64,000 nt of DNA from positions 29 to 64,028 of the forward strand of contig JAMOMC010000164.1 in NCBI GenBank assembly GCA_027068765.1. The letters run 5' to 3'. How positions within the stretch are numbered: the first letter of the stretch is position 1; each line of letters starts with the position of its first letter. This document shows positions 39,137-49,501 of this stretch, piece after piece. The notes beneath the pieces are model-generated. The model was not told the origin of the DNA, did no database searches, and saw only the letters and a program-made list of their open reading frames with translations. The translations under genes and the position numbers were made by a program. The stretch is from Campylobacterales bacterium. Lineage in GTDB: Bacteria > Campylobacterota > Campylobacteria > Campylobacterales > QNZT01.

Positions 39137-40381
39137 ATGAATTTTAGAAAAAGTGTAGTTTTAAGCTCTTTGGTTGCAGCAACTTTGTTGTTTAGTGCAT
39201 GTGGTGGTGGAGATGACAATGAGACACCTACTGCTGGGGTAACAACTGGAACAAAGCCTGAATTTGTATCACCAAATACATACAATGTAGTTGCAGGAGA
39301 AAGAAAAGCTATTACATTGACGGTTGGAGAAAATATTATCAATACTGAAGGTTCAAAATTTAAATTTGAAATTGTTGATAAGAGTGAAGCACCTTCAACT
39401 TTAATTGATGAAAGTACAGGTGTTATAAAGTATACAGCTCCATCAGAAGGTTCAGCAAAAATAACAGTAAAAGCAACTCGTATACTTGAAGGAGATGCTG
39501 TGAGTGATAATTTTGTTATCACTTTTAATACTATGTTGCCTAGTGCTGTAACTGTTGTAAAACCTTATAAAACTGGTGCAGATGAAGATGCTGGTACTGG
39601 GAATATAGATAGAGTATTTACAAGAAATTCTTCAATAAATTATAATGTACAAGATCCATCAGGTCTGCAGTGGGCAGATAGTGCAGGAGAGAAAGCGAAA
39701 TTAGCTCAACTTACATATGATGCTGCTAATGATTATTGTGAAGAGGAGTTAACAGGAGAGTGGAGAGTTCCAAATAAAGATGAGTTAATGAATCTTATTG
39801 ATTATTCAAAGCCAGGACGGGCTCCTATGGTTAATGATTTATTTGAAGTTTCATTAGTTAATACTTGGGCGACACCTGAGTTTGGTAAAAATATCTATGT
39901 TGGTGAAAATAATGGTATGATTTTTTATAGCAATAATAGTGTCTTATCAGTTCGATGTGTTCTTGGTGATGAGGCTGATAGAAAACATTTAATTCATAGT
40001 GATCTTCTTGGATATACATATGATGAAAATACTAAATTAGAGTGGTCACCAGCTTCAAGTGATCCAATGATAGCAACAGAAGGTGCAACATACTGCTCAG
40101 ACTTAGCAAGCTCCCATGATGATCCACATACTGGATTTAGATTACCAAGTATCAATGAATTTCGTTCAGTTGTAGAGAATGGTACAGTTTCAGATTTTAT
40201 CACAAAAGGAAATAGACAACTTATATCTTCTACTCCTTATGTTGATGAAAATGGTACAAAATTAGCAAACAACACTTGGAGATTAGTTCTTAGAGAAGAT
40301 GGAACAGTTGCAATTGGTGCAGGTGGTGCAGGTGAAGGAGGAGATCCTAGCAGAATCTCTTGTGTAAAAGATATGGATTAA
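39137..40381 (+). CDS. Lipoprotein with two Lcl-C-terminal/DUF1566-type modules
   Basis: 414-aa ORF with lipobox LFSACGG. It has two W(R)xP..(D/N)EL motifs (EWRVPNKDELMNL and FRLPSINEFRSV). Confidence 0.6.
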   Translation: MNFRKSVVLSSLVAATLLFSACGGGDDNETPTAGVTTGTKPEFVSPNTYNVVAGERKAITLTVGENIINTEGSKFKFEIVDKSEAPSTLIDESTGVIKYTAPSEGSAKITVKATRILEGDAVSDNFVITFNTMLPSAVTVVKPYKTGADEDAGTGNIDRVFTRNSSINYNVQDPSGLQWADSAGEKAKLAQLTYDAANDYCEEELTGEWRVPNKDELMNLIDYSKPGRAPMVNDLFEVSLVNTWATPEFGKNIYVGENNGMIFYSNNSVLSVRCVLGDEADRKHLIHSDLLGYTYDENTKLEWSPASSDPMIATEGATYCSDLASSHDDPHTGFRLPSINEFRSVVENGTVSDFITKGNRQLISSTPYVDENGTKLANNTWRLVLREDGTVAIGAGGAGEGGDPSRISCVKDMD

Positions 40382-40416
40382 AATATAAGAATAAAAGAGT
40401 GTCTACTCTTTTATTC

Positions 40417-41451
40417 TTATAAAACTTCGATAGTCTCTAAAAACTTTTTAGTTTGAATTTTGCTATCAAATGTTTCAAATGATTCAAAAGAGTTTTTAGA
40501 GAACTCTTTATAGTTTTTATCATTAAATGAGAGTATTGCTTCTGTTAATGCTTTAGAGCTTTTAGGCTCAATTATAACACCTGTTTTATCTGTAACTATC
40601 TCAGGAATACTCCTCCAAGAGGTAGTGATAACAGGAATACCTGTAGAAAAAGCCTCTATGATAATTCCAGGATAACCCTCTCCTTTGTAGTATGTTGGAA
40701 GCAGTAATACATCATATTTTTTTAATGTTTCTAATACTTCATCAGATTTTAAAGCTCCCATATAGTTAGCTTTGTATTTTTTAAAAAACTCATCCGTATA
40801 TACCTCATCTTTTATAGGTCCATATAAGTCAATTTGATAATCATCAGGTAGGTTATTTGAAGCTTCAAGTATTTCAGTTACACCTTTTGTTTTAAAAAGT
40901 TGGCTTATAAAAACAAATTTTTTCTTAAATTTTTTCTCTTTAAAAATTCTACTTTGTGACTCTCTTACATTTGGAAACCAGTGAGTGTTTTCATTAAATT
41001 TACTAAAATAATCAGTTAGATTTTTTGTTTCAAAAAAGTTATGTTTAGAATTTTTTAAAACAAACTTAATTACTCTTTTTTTAGAAGATGAGGCATTTTT
41101 ATAATGTGTATCAAAATCTCCTGCAAACTTTCTAAGGCTATAGTTTATCTTATTTATTTTACAAGAGAGGTAGACAAATTTTGTTAAAAAAGTGTAATCT
41201 TTTGAAGTTCCGTGCAAAGAGATGTGTGAAGCCCCTTTTCCTTTTTTAAATATATTGTAGATAATGGAACTTATAGCTACAAGCATATTTGGATAGTTAC
41301 TCTTGTTTGTGTCTATGAGTAGATACTCTATATTTAAATCATTTAACTCTTTTTTCAAATTTTCAAAAAGAACTATAACTCCTCCTGTTTTTTCAGGAAA
41401 TTTTATATTTGTGCAAGCACCAAGTATTAATATCTTTTTATTTTTATTCAT
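40417..41451 (-). CDS. Glycosyltransferase family 4 (GT-B)
   Basis: 344-aa ORF with a GT4-like C-terminal half (LLPTYYKGEGYPGIIIEAFSTGIPVITT). Confidence 0.7.
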   Translation of the reverse strand: MNKNKKILILGACTNIKFPEKTGGVIVLFENLKKELNDLNIEYLLIDTNKSNYPNMLVAISSIIYNIFKKGKGASHISLHGTSKDYTFLTKFVYLSCKINKINYSLRKFAGDFDTHYKNASSSKKRVIKFVLKNSKHNFFETKNLTDYFSKFNENTHWFPNVRESQSRIFKEKKFKKKFVFISQLFKTKGVTEILEASNNLPDDYQIDLYGPIKDEVYTDEFFKKYKANYMGALKSDEVLETLKKYDVLLLPTYYKGEGYPGIIIEAFSTGIPVITTSWRSIPEIVTDKTGVIIEPKSSKALTEAILSFNDKNYKEFSKNSFESFETFDSKIQTKKFLETIEVL

Positions 41452-41587
41452 CTTTTTTAATTATCCCTTACTTTAAACTACTATCGACATATTGTCTAAA
41501 CACTTAAATATTAGTTATTTATACCTTTTAATAAGATTATCAACAATTAAAATGTAAAATTAAATAAAACGATTGAAAGTTGTTACT

Positions 41588-42745
41588 ATGAAAAAATTAT
41601 CTTTTATACTCCTTGCATCCATAGCTTTTTTATCTATATCTTGCACTAGTGATACAGATGAAAAAGAGAAGTTTGTTATATCTGCCCCATCTTTAAACTA
41701 TAGTGCTATAAGTGATATGAAAAAAGATGTAAAACTTAGCTCAAACAGAGACAATGTAACATTTAAGTTTTTAAACCCAAATCTTGATACTAGTTCATTT
41801 TTAAATATAAATGGAGAGTTGACTTTTAGAACAACAGCAGATATTGGAGAGATAGAGAGTCTTACTATAATCGGAGTTTTAGAAAATGGAGAGAAAAGCT
41901 CTCCAATAACTCTGAATTTTACTACACTCTCAAATGAGAGTGTAAATACAATAAAAGTCTTAAAAACTGGAGCAGATGATGGAGGTTTTGGAGAAGATAG
42001 AAGTTTTAATGTAAATGGGGATGGGGATGTGGTTGATTTATTTGGAAATATTTGGGCAGTTAAAAGTGATAAAAAAGCACTTGAAGTTAAAACTTATGCA
42101 AATGCAAATTATAAATGTAAATCAATAAACCCAAATGAAAACTGGAGAATTCCAACAACAAATGAAGTATTAAACCTCTTAAATTACTCAAAAAGTATCG
42201 GTACAAGCTTACTAGAAGAGCCATTTTTAGAAAATGAATTAATCTTTACATGGGTACAAGAGATAGATAAAAAAACTATGATCTTGGCTTTAAACAGTGG
42301 CATTGTAGCTCAAATAGATTCTTATGCAAGAGTTCGAGAATACACAACAATGTGTATAAATGCTCCCTTAGAAGATGAAAATCATATAGTCTCAACCGAT
42401 AGAACTACAGGATATACTCATGATTTATCAACTGCTTTACAATGGAGTTCAATTGATGAGCAAAAGAGTGGATTAGAAGCGGCTGAGTATTGTAATACTT
42501 ATAAAGCTGAGAGTGGTTGGAGATTACCAAATATAAATGAGCTTCGCTCAATCATAGAGAAAAATAGTGTTTCAAATTTCTTAAGAAATGGTACAACTGT
42601 CATGTTTTCTTCTACACCTTATAACAATGTGAGTGATGTAAAAGCTAACTATGTTATGTATTTAGCTGAAGATGGCACAATCTCTTTTGGAGCACAGCCA
42701 GTTACGGAAAATTATGGCATAACTTGTGTTAAAAATAGAGATTAA
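41588..42745 (+). CDS. Lipoprotein with DUF1566-type modules (paralogue of 39137-40381)
   Basis: The ATG at 41588 gives MKKLSFILLASIAFLSISC (lipobox). It carries NWRIPTTNEVLNL and WRLPNINELRSI motifs. The C-terminus aligns with that of the upstream paralogue. Confidence 0.6.
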   Translation: MKKLSFILLASIAFLSISCTSDTDEKEKFVISAPSLNYSAISDMKKDVKLSSNRDNVTFKFLNPNLDTSSFLNINGELTFRTTADIGEIESLTIIGVLENGEKSSPITLNFTTLSNESVNTIKVLKTGADDGGFGEDRSFNVNGDGDVVDLFGNIWAVKSDKKALEVKTYANANYKCKSINPNENWRIPTTNEVLNLLNYSKSIGTSLLEEPFLENELIFTWVQEIDKKTMILALNSGIVAQIDSYARVREYTTMCINAPLEDENHIVSTDRTTGYTHDLSTALQWSSIDEQKSGLEAAEYCNTYKAESGWRLPNINELRSIIEKNSVSNFLRNGTTVMFSSTPYNNVSDVKANYVMYLAEDGTISFGAQPVTENYGITCVKNRD

Positions 42746-42747
42746 TT

Positions 42748-42772
42748 AAAGACTTATATTTAAGTCTTTTTT
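42748..42772 (+). terminator. Rho-independent terminator
   Basis: AAAGACTTA-TATT-TAAGTCTTT hairpin running into a T-run, 3 nt after the stop codon. Confidence 0.6.
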
Positions 42773-42902
42773 ACTTTTTTACTACAAAAAATAATTATTT
42801 TAATTTTTTTATCAAAAATATGAAGTTTCAAAGAGTAATTATTATAAAATGCTTAATATTAAAATTAAATAATTTTTATTATAATTTTCACAAAGGAACT
42901 AT

Positions 42903-45398
42903 ATGAAAGCAGTTGTAATGGCTGGCGGATTTGGAAGTAGAATTCAGCCACTTACTCACTCTCTCCCAAAACCTATGCTCCCAATTTTTAATCGTCCTAT
43001 GATGGAACACACAATGTTAAAACTTCGTGATATTGGAGTTACTGAGTTTATAATTCTTCTTTATTATAAGCCAGAGATTATCAAAGAGTATTTTAAAAAT
43101 GGTGAAGAGTTTGGTATAAAAATAGAGTATATTACACCGGAGGATGATTATGGAACTGCTGGTGCTGTTAAAAAGGCACAAGAGCTTATAGCTGGTGAAA
43201 ATTTTGTGATTATTAGTGGAGATGTTGTAACTGATTTTGATTTTGAAAAGATGTTTGATTTTCATAAAGCTAAAAACTCCAAATTAACTATCACTTTAAC
43301 AAAAGTTGAAAATCCACTCCAATTTGGTGTTGTTATCACAGATAAAGAGGGAAAAATTGAGAAGTTTTTGGAAAAACCAAGCTGGGGAGAAGTTTTTAGT
43401 GATACGATAAATACAGGTATTTACATAATTGAGCCTGAAATTTTAGATGAAATTCCAGTAAATGAAAATTATGATTTTGGAAAAGATCTTTTTCCTGCTT
43501 TAATGGAGAGTAACATAACACTTTGGGGTTATGATGCCAAAGGTTATTGGAGAGATGTTGGTAATCCAGAGAGTTATAGAGAGGTTTATGAAGATGTTTT
43601 TTCAAAAAAAGTTGCTCTTATTAAAAAGGGTGAAGTTATTAAGTATCCTGATGGAGTTTTATATGCACAAGAGCCGATAAAGTTAGATCCAAGTGTTGAG
43701 ATAATAGGAGATGTTGTACTTGGCAAAAATATAACAATTGGCAAAAATGTAAAATTAAAAAATAGTGTTATTGGTGATAACTGCACGATTGAGCAAAGAT
43801 GTAAGCTTAGTAATTGTGCTGTATGGAGAGATGTATATATAGGAAAAAATACTATATTTGATAGTTGTGTTATCTGCAATGATAATAAAATAGAGAAAAA
43901 TGTTACAGCAAAAGCGGGGCTTATTTTGGCTGAGGGTTGTGATGTTGGTCAGTTAGTTAGTTTTGAAAAAGATGTTATTATCTGGCCTGATAAAAAGATT
44001 GAAGATGCAGCGATAGTTAGTAGTAGTTTGATTTTAGGAAGTAAGTATAAAAACTCTATTTTTGAAGATGGACGGGTTACTGGAAAGACAAATATCGAAC
44101 TCTCTTGTGATATGGCGACAAAGTTAGCTGAATCTTTGGCTTCACAGCTTCCAATTGGTTGTAAAGTGATGGTTTCAAGAGATTATCATAGAAGTTCACT
44201 CATGTTAAAACGAGCTTTTATAAGTGGATTGATGTCTTCTGGTATAGATATAATTGATGTTAAAGGTAGTCCACTCTCTGTTATGAGATATGATCTCTCT
44301 ACAAGCGAGGATATAGAAGCAGGGGTTCATTTTATGCAAGATATTGACCCTTCAAATACAAAAATTTTATTTTTTAACGATGAAGCACTTTATATTGATT
44401 CTAATTTATCTAAAACTATTGAGAGAGCTTTTTTTAGAGAAAATTTTAGACGGGTTGATTTTCAACAAATTGGTAAAATCCAAACAGCAAACCATTCAGG
44501 TGAGTGGTATAAAAAAGCGATATATCAAGCAGTTGATAAGAGTTTGCTAAAACAGTCAAATTTTCGTATAGCGGTGGATTTAACTTATGGCATGTTAAAT
44601 CGTGTCTATCCAGAGATTATTAACTATATTGGTATTAACAATATTCTTATTAATGCTTATCAAAATGAGCAGAAGCTTTTGAATCAACAAAATATGATTA
44701 AAAAATCAAAAGAAGATATGAGACTGATGGTTAAAAATCTAAAGCTTGACATTGGGTTTGTTATCTATCCAAGTGGTCAAAAATTTACACTTGTGTGTGA
44801 TGAGGGTGAAGCACTTGATCGTCAACTTGGACTTTTGTGTGTTTTATATCTTTTTAATAGTGAAGCAAAGAGTAAACAAAAAGTTTTTCTTCCTGTTTGG
44901 GCTCCAAATATAATGGATAAAGATTTTGAAAATCTAGAGATTACAAGGGGAAAATATACAAATTTTAAAGCTTCACAACTTGGTAAATATAATTTAATCG
45001 CATCTTTGGAGGGTAATTTTGCATTTACTGATTTCTCTATGCATAGAGACTCTACTTTTGCAACTTTAAAGATTATGCAGATGCTAATCTCACAAAATAT
45101 AAAACTCTCACAAGTTATAGATAAGCTTCCATCTTTTTACTATAATAGGCTTAAAGTTGAGTGTAACCAAGCACTCAAAGGCAAGATGATGCGAAAGTTT
45201 TTAGAAGATGCAAAAGGTAAAAAGGCTTCACTTGTTGATGGTGTAAAAATTTGGATAAACAAAGATGCTTGGATATTGATGATACCTGATCAATACTCTG
45301 ATAACTTAAACCTTTATATACAGGCAAAAGATATTAAAGAGGGTGAAGAGATTTTGCAGAGTTATTTAGAGAAAATAGAGAATTGGAAGATTGATTAA
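42903..45398 (+). CDS. Sugar-1-phosphate nucleotidyltransferase (GlgC/ManC-like, with LbH) fused to a PGM/PMM-like domain
   Basis: 831-aa ORF. It starts with the N-terminal motif MAGGFGSRIQPLTHSLPKPMLP, followed by hexapeptide repeats at ~aa 270-350. The C-terminal ~440 aa align to PGM/PMM domain I-IV patterns, but TASHNP reads MQDIDP. Confidence 0.75.
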   Translation: MKAVVMAGGFGSRIQPLTHSLPKPMLPIFNRPMMEHTMLKLRDIGVTEFIILLYYKPEIIKEYFKNGEEFGIKIEYITPEDDYGTAGAVKKAQELIAGENFVIISGDVVTDFDFEKMFDFHKAKNSKLTITLTKVENPLQFGVVITDKEGKIEKFLEKPSWGEVFSDTINTGIYIIEPEILDEIPVNENYDFGKDLFPALMESNITLWGYDAKGYWRDVGNPESYREVYEDVFSKKVALIKKGEVIKYPDGVLYAQEPIKLDPSVEIIGDVVLGKNITIGKNVKLKNSVIGDNCTIEQRCKLSNCAVWRDVYIGKNTIFDSCVICNDNKIEKNVTAKAGLILAEGCDVGQLVSFEKDVIIWPDKKIEDAAIVSSSLILGSKYKNSIFEDGRVTGKTNIELSCDMATKLAESLASQLPIGCKVMVSRDYHRSSLMLKRAFISGLMSSGIDIIDVKGSPLSVMRYDLSTSEDIEAGVHFMQDIDPSNTKILFFNDEALYIDSNLSKTIERAFFRENFRRVDFQQIGKIQTANHSGEWYKKAIYQAVDKSLLKQSNFRIAVDLTYGMLNRVYPEIINYIGINNILINAYQNEQKLLNQQNMIKKSKEDMRLMVKNLKLDIGFVIYPSGQKFTLVCDEGEALDRQLGLLCVLYLFNSEAKSKQKVFLPVWAPNIMDKDFENLEITRGKYTNFKASQLGKYNLIASLEGNFAFTDFSMHRDSTFATLKIMQMLISQNIKLSQVIDKLPSFYYNRLKVECNQALKGKMMRKFLEDAKGKKASLVDGVKIWINKDAWILMIPDQYSDNLNLYIQAKDIKEGEEILQSYLEKIENWKID

Positions 45399-47450
45399 AT
45401 GGAAAAGAAGTTATCTTTAAATTTTCTGTGGCATATGCATCAACCATATTATAGGGATGATTTAAGTGGTGAAATTGTTATGCCTTGGGTCTTTTTACAT
45501 GCTATAAAAGATTATTATGATATGCCTTGGTATTTAGAAAAATTTCCAAATATAAAAGCAACTTTTAATCTTGTACCTTCACTTTTAGTGCAACTTAGTG
45601 CTTATGAAGATATAAATGTAAATGATAAATTTTTAAAAACTCTAAGATTAAGAGTTGATGAGCTTTCAAAAAAAAATAGAAGTTATATAATAGAGTATCT
45701 ATTTTTCTCAAATGAACACAACATGATAAAGCCATTTGCAAGATATTATGAGCTTTTTTTAAAAAAAGGTAGAGATTTTACAGATAGTGAGCTTTTGGAT
45801 TTACAGACTCTTTTTATCTTGTCTTGGTGTGGTAATTATCTAAGAGAGAGTGAAGATGTTGTAAAGAGGCTTATTAAAAAAGGTAGAGGTTTTAGCCAAG
45901 AGGATAAGATAGAGCTTTTAAATGCTTTGAGTGCTTTTATTAAAAAGGTTATTCCATATTATAAAAAATTGCTACAAAAAGGTCAAATTGAGATATCAAC
46001 TACACCTTTTAATCACCCTATATCTCCACTTCTTTTTGATATAGAAAATGCAAATATAGCAAATCCAAACACACCTCTTCCAAAATATAGTGGCACATTT
46101 AAAGAAGATGCAATTTTACAAATAGATAGTGCAATAGAGTATTATGAAAAACTTTTTGGAAAAAAACCGCAAGGATTTTGGCCAGCTGAAGGATCTGTTA
46201 GTTATGAGTTTTTAGAGGTTTTATCAAAAAGAGATATAAAATGGGCTTGTAGTGATCAAGAAGTTTTATATAAAAGTGGACACTTTGTAAAAGAGGATAT
46301 TTACAAAAACAATACTCTTCATTTTAAAGATAAAACAATAAATCTCTTTTTTAGAGATAGAGAGCTTAGTGATTTGATAGGTTTTAGTTATAGTGGTTGG
46401 GATGAAAAGAGTGCAGTTTTAGATCTTGTCTCTAGGCTAAAAGAGATCTACGATAAATCTTCACAAAGTTGTAGTGTAAATATCATTTTAGATGGTGAAA
46501 ATGCTTGGGAGCATTATGCTAACAATGCTAAGGGTTTTTTTGAGAGTCTTTATGAAGAGCTTGATAAGTGTGAATGGATTAAAACAGATTTTTTTGGCAA
46601 AGTGGCGGAGGATGATACTATAGCCTCAAATAATCTACATGAGCTTCTTCCTGGGAGTTGGATAAATGGAAATTTTGATATCTGGATTGGTCATAGAGAG
46701 AAAAATAGTGCTTGGGAGATGCTTTTTGAGACAAAAGCAGATTTTGAAAAAAAGCAGATGCAGTTAGATGATAAAACTCTTAAAAAGATTAAAAATGAGT
46801 TTTTAATTGCTCAGAGTTCAGATTGGTTTTGGTGGTATGGAGATGATCATCATACAGAGTTAGCTACTACATTTGATGCTCTTTTTCGTAGACATCTTAT
46901 GAATATTTATACTCTAATGGGTGAAAAAATTCCTGAAAATATCCGTCAAGCCATTGTAGAGGTAAATACAACTAAAGATAGTTTTATAAAATTATCAAAA
47001 AATAGAATTACAGCCAAACTAGATGGTAAAATTACACACTTTTATGAGTGGCTTGGGTGTGGTGTTGCTAGTTTAAAACATGAACTCTCTTCTATGAGTA
47101 TGCATGATTTTATCATCTCAAAGATCTATTTTGGATGTGATAAAACTCACTGTTTTATCGCTTTGATTGGTGATTTTGAAGAGTTTTTTGAAAATGGTGA
47201 GATAGAGGTAGAATTCTCATCAGGCACAAAAGTAGTTTTGCCTATTAAAAAAGAGTTAAATTCACATAAACTTGGCATCTCATATATAACGGATGAGATT
47301 ATGGAGATTAAGATGGAAAAATTATTGATAAAAGATGGTGGAGTTAGTTTTAAACTTTTTAAAGAGGGTAAGTTGAAGCAACTTCTGCCCCTTTATTCAA
47401 AAATAGAGTTTGATTGTTTAAAAGAGATTAGAAAGAATTGGTATATTTAG
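45399..47450 (+). CDS. GH57 glycoside hydrolase, amylopullulanase/alpha-amylase-like subtype
   Basis: 683-aa ORF. GH57 conserved regions are readable: HMHQPYY, GQIEISTTPFNHPI, WPAEGS, DGENAWE, SDWFWWYG. Confidence 0.75.
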   Translation: MEKKLSLNFLWHMHQPYYRDDLSGEIVMPWVFLHAIKDYYDMPWYLEKFPNIKATFNLVPSLLVQLSAYEDINVNDKFLKTLRLRVDELSKKNRSYIIEYLFFSNEHNMIKPFARYYELFLKKGRDFTDSELLDLQTLFILSWCGNYLRESEDVVKRLIKKGRGFSQEDKIELLNALSAFIKKVIPYYKKLLQKGQIEISTTPFNHPISPLLFDIENANIANPNTPLPKYSGTFKEDAILQIDSAIEYYEKLFGKKPQGFWPAEGSVSYEFLEVLSKRDIKWACSDQEVLYKSGHFVKEDIYKNNTLHFKDKTINLFFRDRELSDLIGFSYSGWDEKSAVLDLVSRLKEIYDKSSQSCSVNIILDGENAWEHYANNAKGFFESLYEELDKCEWIKTDFFGKVAEDDTIASNNLHELLPGSWINGNFDIWIGHREKNSAWEMLFETKADFEKKQMQLDDKTLKKIKNEFLIAQSSDWFWWYGDDHHTELATTFDALFRRHLMNIYTLMGEKIPENIRQAIVEVNTTKDSFIKLSKNRITAKLDGKITHFYEWLGCGVASLKHELSSMSMHDFIISKIYFGCDKTHCFIALIGDFEEFFENGEIEVEFSSGTKVVLPIKKELNSHKLGISYITDEIMEIKMEKLLIKDGGVSFKLFKEGKLKQLLPLYSKIEFDCLKEIRKNWYI

Positions 47451-47459
47451 GATGGAGAT

Positions 47460-49499
47460 ATGAGACAAACAGCATTACTTTTAGGACTTCATTGTCATCA
47501 GCCAGTGGATAATTTTCACCATGTTTTGGATGAGGCTATTGAAAAGTCGTATCATCCATTTTTTGAAGTGGCTTCAAAATATAGAGATTTTAAATTTTCT
47601 GTACATTATAGTGGATGGCTTTTGGAGTATATTAAAGATAAATCTCCAAAGACATTTAAACTTATGCAAGATTTGAGTCAAAATGGACAGATAGAGTTTT
47701 TAACAGGTGGGTATTATGAGCCTATTTTAGCCTCTATCTCCTCTGCTGATAGAGTATCTCAAATTCAAAAATTAAATAGTTTTATTAGAAAAAATTTTGG
47801 ACAACGACCAAAAGGGTTATGGTTAACTGAGAGAGTTTGGGATAGTGTGATTATAAAAGATGTTGTAGCATGTGGAGTTGAGTATGTTGTAGTTGATGAT
47901 TACCATTTTATAAGTAGTGGGTTTTCAAAAGAGATGTTAAATGGCTACTTTATAACAGAAGATGAGGGAGTTAAGCTTAAAATTTTTCCTATAAATAAAG
48001 AGCTTCGTTATAGTATTCCGTTTTCTAAGCCTGATGTTGTTTGTGAATATTTAGAGAGTATTGCAGATGATAATCTCAGTGCAGGAGTGATTTTTGATGA
48101 TGGAGAGAAGTTTGGCATCTGGCCTGATACTTATGAGTGGGTTTATGAAAAAAAGTGGCTTGAAGAGTTTATTCAAAAAGTTTTACAAAACAAAACTATA
48201 AAACCTATGCACTATTGTGAATATTTAGAAGCTGTTAAGCCTATCTCTTTGGCATATTTGCCAATTACCTCTTATATCGAGATGGGAGGCTGGTCGCTAG
48301 ATGGTAAAGATGCCAATGTTTTGCAAAATATTCAAAATGAGCTTGATGATAGATTTGATGTTGATACAATTGAGAAGTTTTTAAAAGGGAGTGTTTGGAA
48401 AAACTTTTTGGTTAAGTATTATGAGGCTAATAAAATTCACAAAAGATATATTGAACTCTCACAAAATAGAGTTAACACTCCAGAGTTTTTAGACTCTTTG
48501 TACAAAGCCCAGACAAATGATGCCCTATGGCATGGAGTTTTTGGTGGTACATATTTGCCAAATCTTAGAGATAATGCTTATAAATTTATAATAGATTGTG
48601 AAAATATAAGATATTTTGAAAAAAAAGTAACAGAGATAAAAGATATAAATTGTGATGGGTATGATGAGGTAAAGTGTGTCACAAAAAATCTAATTACAAT
48701 TTTTGATTCAAAAGTTGGTGGACAGCTCATAGAGTTTGATATAAGAGATAAAAGTTTTAATCTTCAAAATACCATGAGTCGATATTATGAAGCTTATCAT
48801 TCAAAGATTATAAATTATAAACCCAATAAGATGCAAACTAAAGAGATAAGTGAAGATGCAATTGCTACAATTCATGGAGCAGATGATAGTGATTTGGCTG
48901 AGTATAAAGAGTTTTTAAAACACGATTGGCACACTAAAAATAGTTTTATTGACCACATTAGTGATAGTGAGATTTCCTTGGATAGTTTTGGTAAATCTAC
49001 TTTTAAAGAGTATGGTGATTTTGCAAATCAGAGTTTTGAGATTTTAAATTGTAGTGATGGGTATATCCATTTTCAAAGAGAGGGTGGTATTTTTATTGAT
49101 GATAAAAAGCATCTGGCAACTTTAGATAAGATATTTTTTATAGATGATGAGCAGATTAATTTTAATATCATTTTAAATGGTGTTAAAGGTAAAGATTTAT
49201 ACTATCTTCAAGAGCATAATCTACACTTTGCAAATCTTAAAGATATTACGATTAACTCTAGTAGTTTTGATGGGGAGTTTTGTATAAAAGAGGCTAATGA
49301 GTTAGAGATATATGATGGTTATACAAAAAAGAGAGTTATATTTAAACTATCTTGTAAAGTCGATATTTTTATATCTCCTCTTGATACACTCTCTCAAAGT
49401 GAGGCTGGATTTGATTTGACAAACCAAGGTGTTAGTATCGGTTTTTTATTTGGTTTAAATGAGCAGATTAAAATAAGTGGTCAAGTTTGGGTGAGTTAA
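47460..49499 (+). CDS. GH57 glycoside hydrolase, 4-alpha-glucanotransferase/alpha-amylase-like subtype
   Basis: 679-aa ORF with the conserved regions HCHQPVDN, GQIEFLTGGYYEPIL, LWLTERVW, FDDGEKFG, TNDALWHG. Confidence 0.75.
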   Translation: MRQTALLLGLHCHQPVDNFHHVLDEAIEKSYHPFFEVASKYRDFKFSVHYSGWLLEYIKDKSPKTFKLMQDLSQNGQIEFLTGGYYEPILASISSADRVSQIQKLNSFIRKNFGQRPKGLWLTERVWDSVIIKDVVACGVEYVVVDDYHFISSGFSKEMLNGYFITEDEGVKLKIFPINKELRYSIPFSKPDVVCEYLESIADDNLSAGVIFDDGEKFGIWPDTYEWVYEKKWLEEFIQKVLQNKTIKPMHYCEYLEAVKPISLAYLPITSYIEMGGWSLDGKDANVLQNIQNELDDRFDVDTIEKFLKGSVWKNFLVKYYEANKIHKRYIELSQNRVNTPEFLDSLYKAQTNDALWHGVFGGTYLPNLRDNAYKFIIDCENIRYFEKKVTEIKDINCDGYDEVKCVTKNLITIFDSKVGGQLIEFDIRDKSFNLQNTMSRYYEAYHSKIINYKPNKMQTKEISEDAIATIHGADDSDLAEYKEFLKHDWHTKNSFIDHISDSEISLDSFGKSTFKEYGDFANQSFEILNCSDGYIHFQREGGIFIDDKKHLATLDKIFFIDDEQINFNIILNGVKGKDLYYLQEHNLHFANLKDITINSSSFDGEFCIKEANELEIYDGYTKKRVIFKLSCKVDIFISPLDTLSQSEAGFDLTNQGVSIGFLFGLNEQIKISGQVWVS

Positions 49500-49501
49500 A
49501 G

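Noticed and set aside
39115-39522. 135-aa minus-strand ORF overlapping the start of the DUF1566 lipoprotein gene. A similar one lies at 39994-40203.
   Set aside because: It is antisense to an ORF that has a clear lipobox and RBS, and it has no features of its own.
43017-44550. Several short ORFs on both strands inside the nucleotidyltransferase::PGM-like gene (43017-43265, 43396-43605, 43586-43879, 44344-44550).
   Set aside because: They are nested in a long ORF with clear domain motifs and have low-complexity composition.
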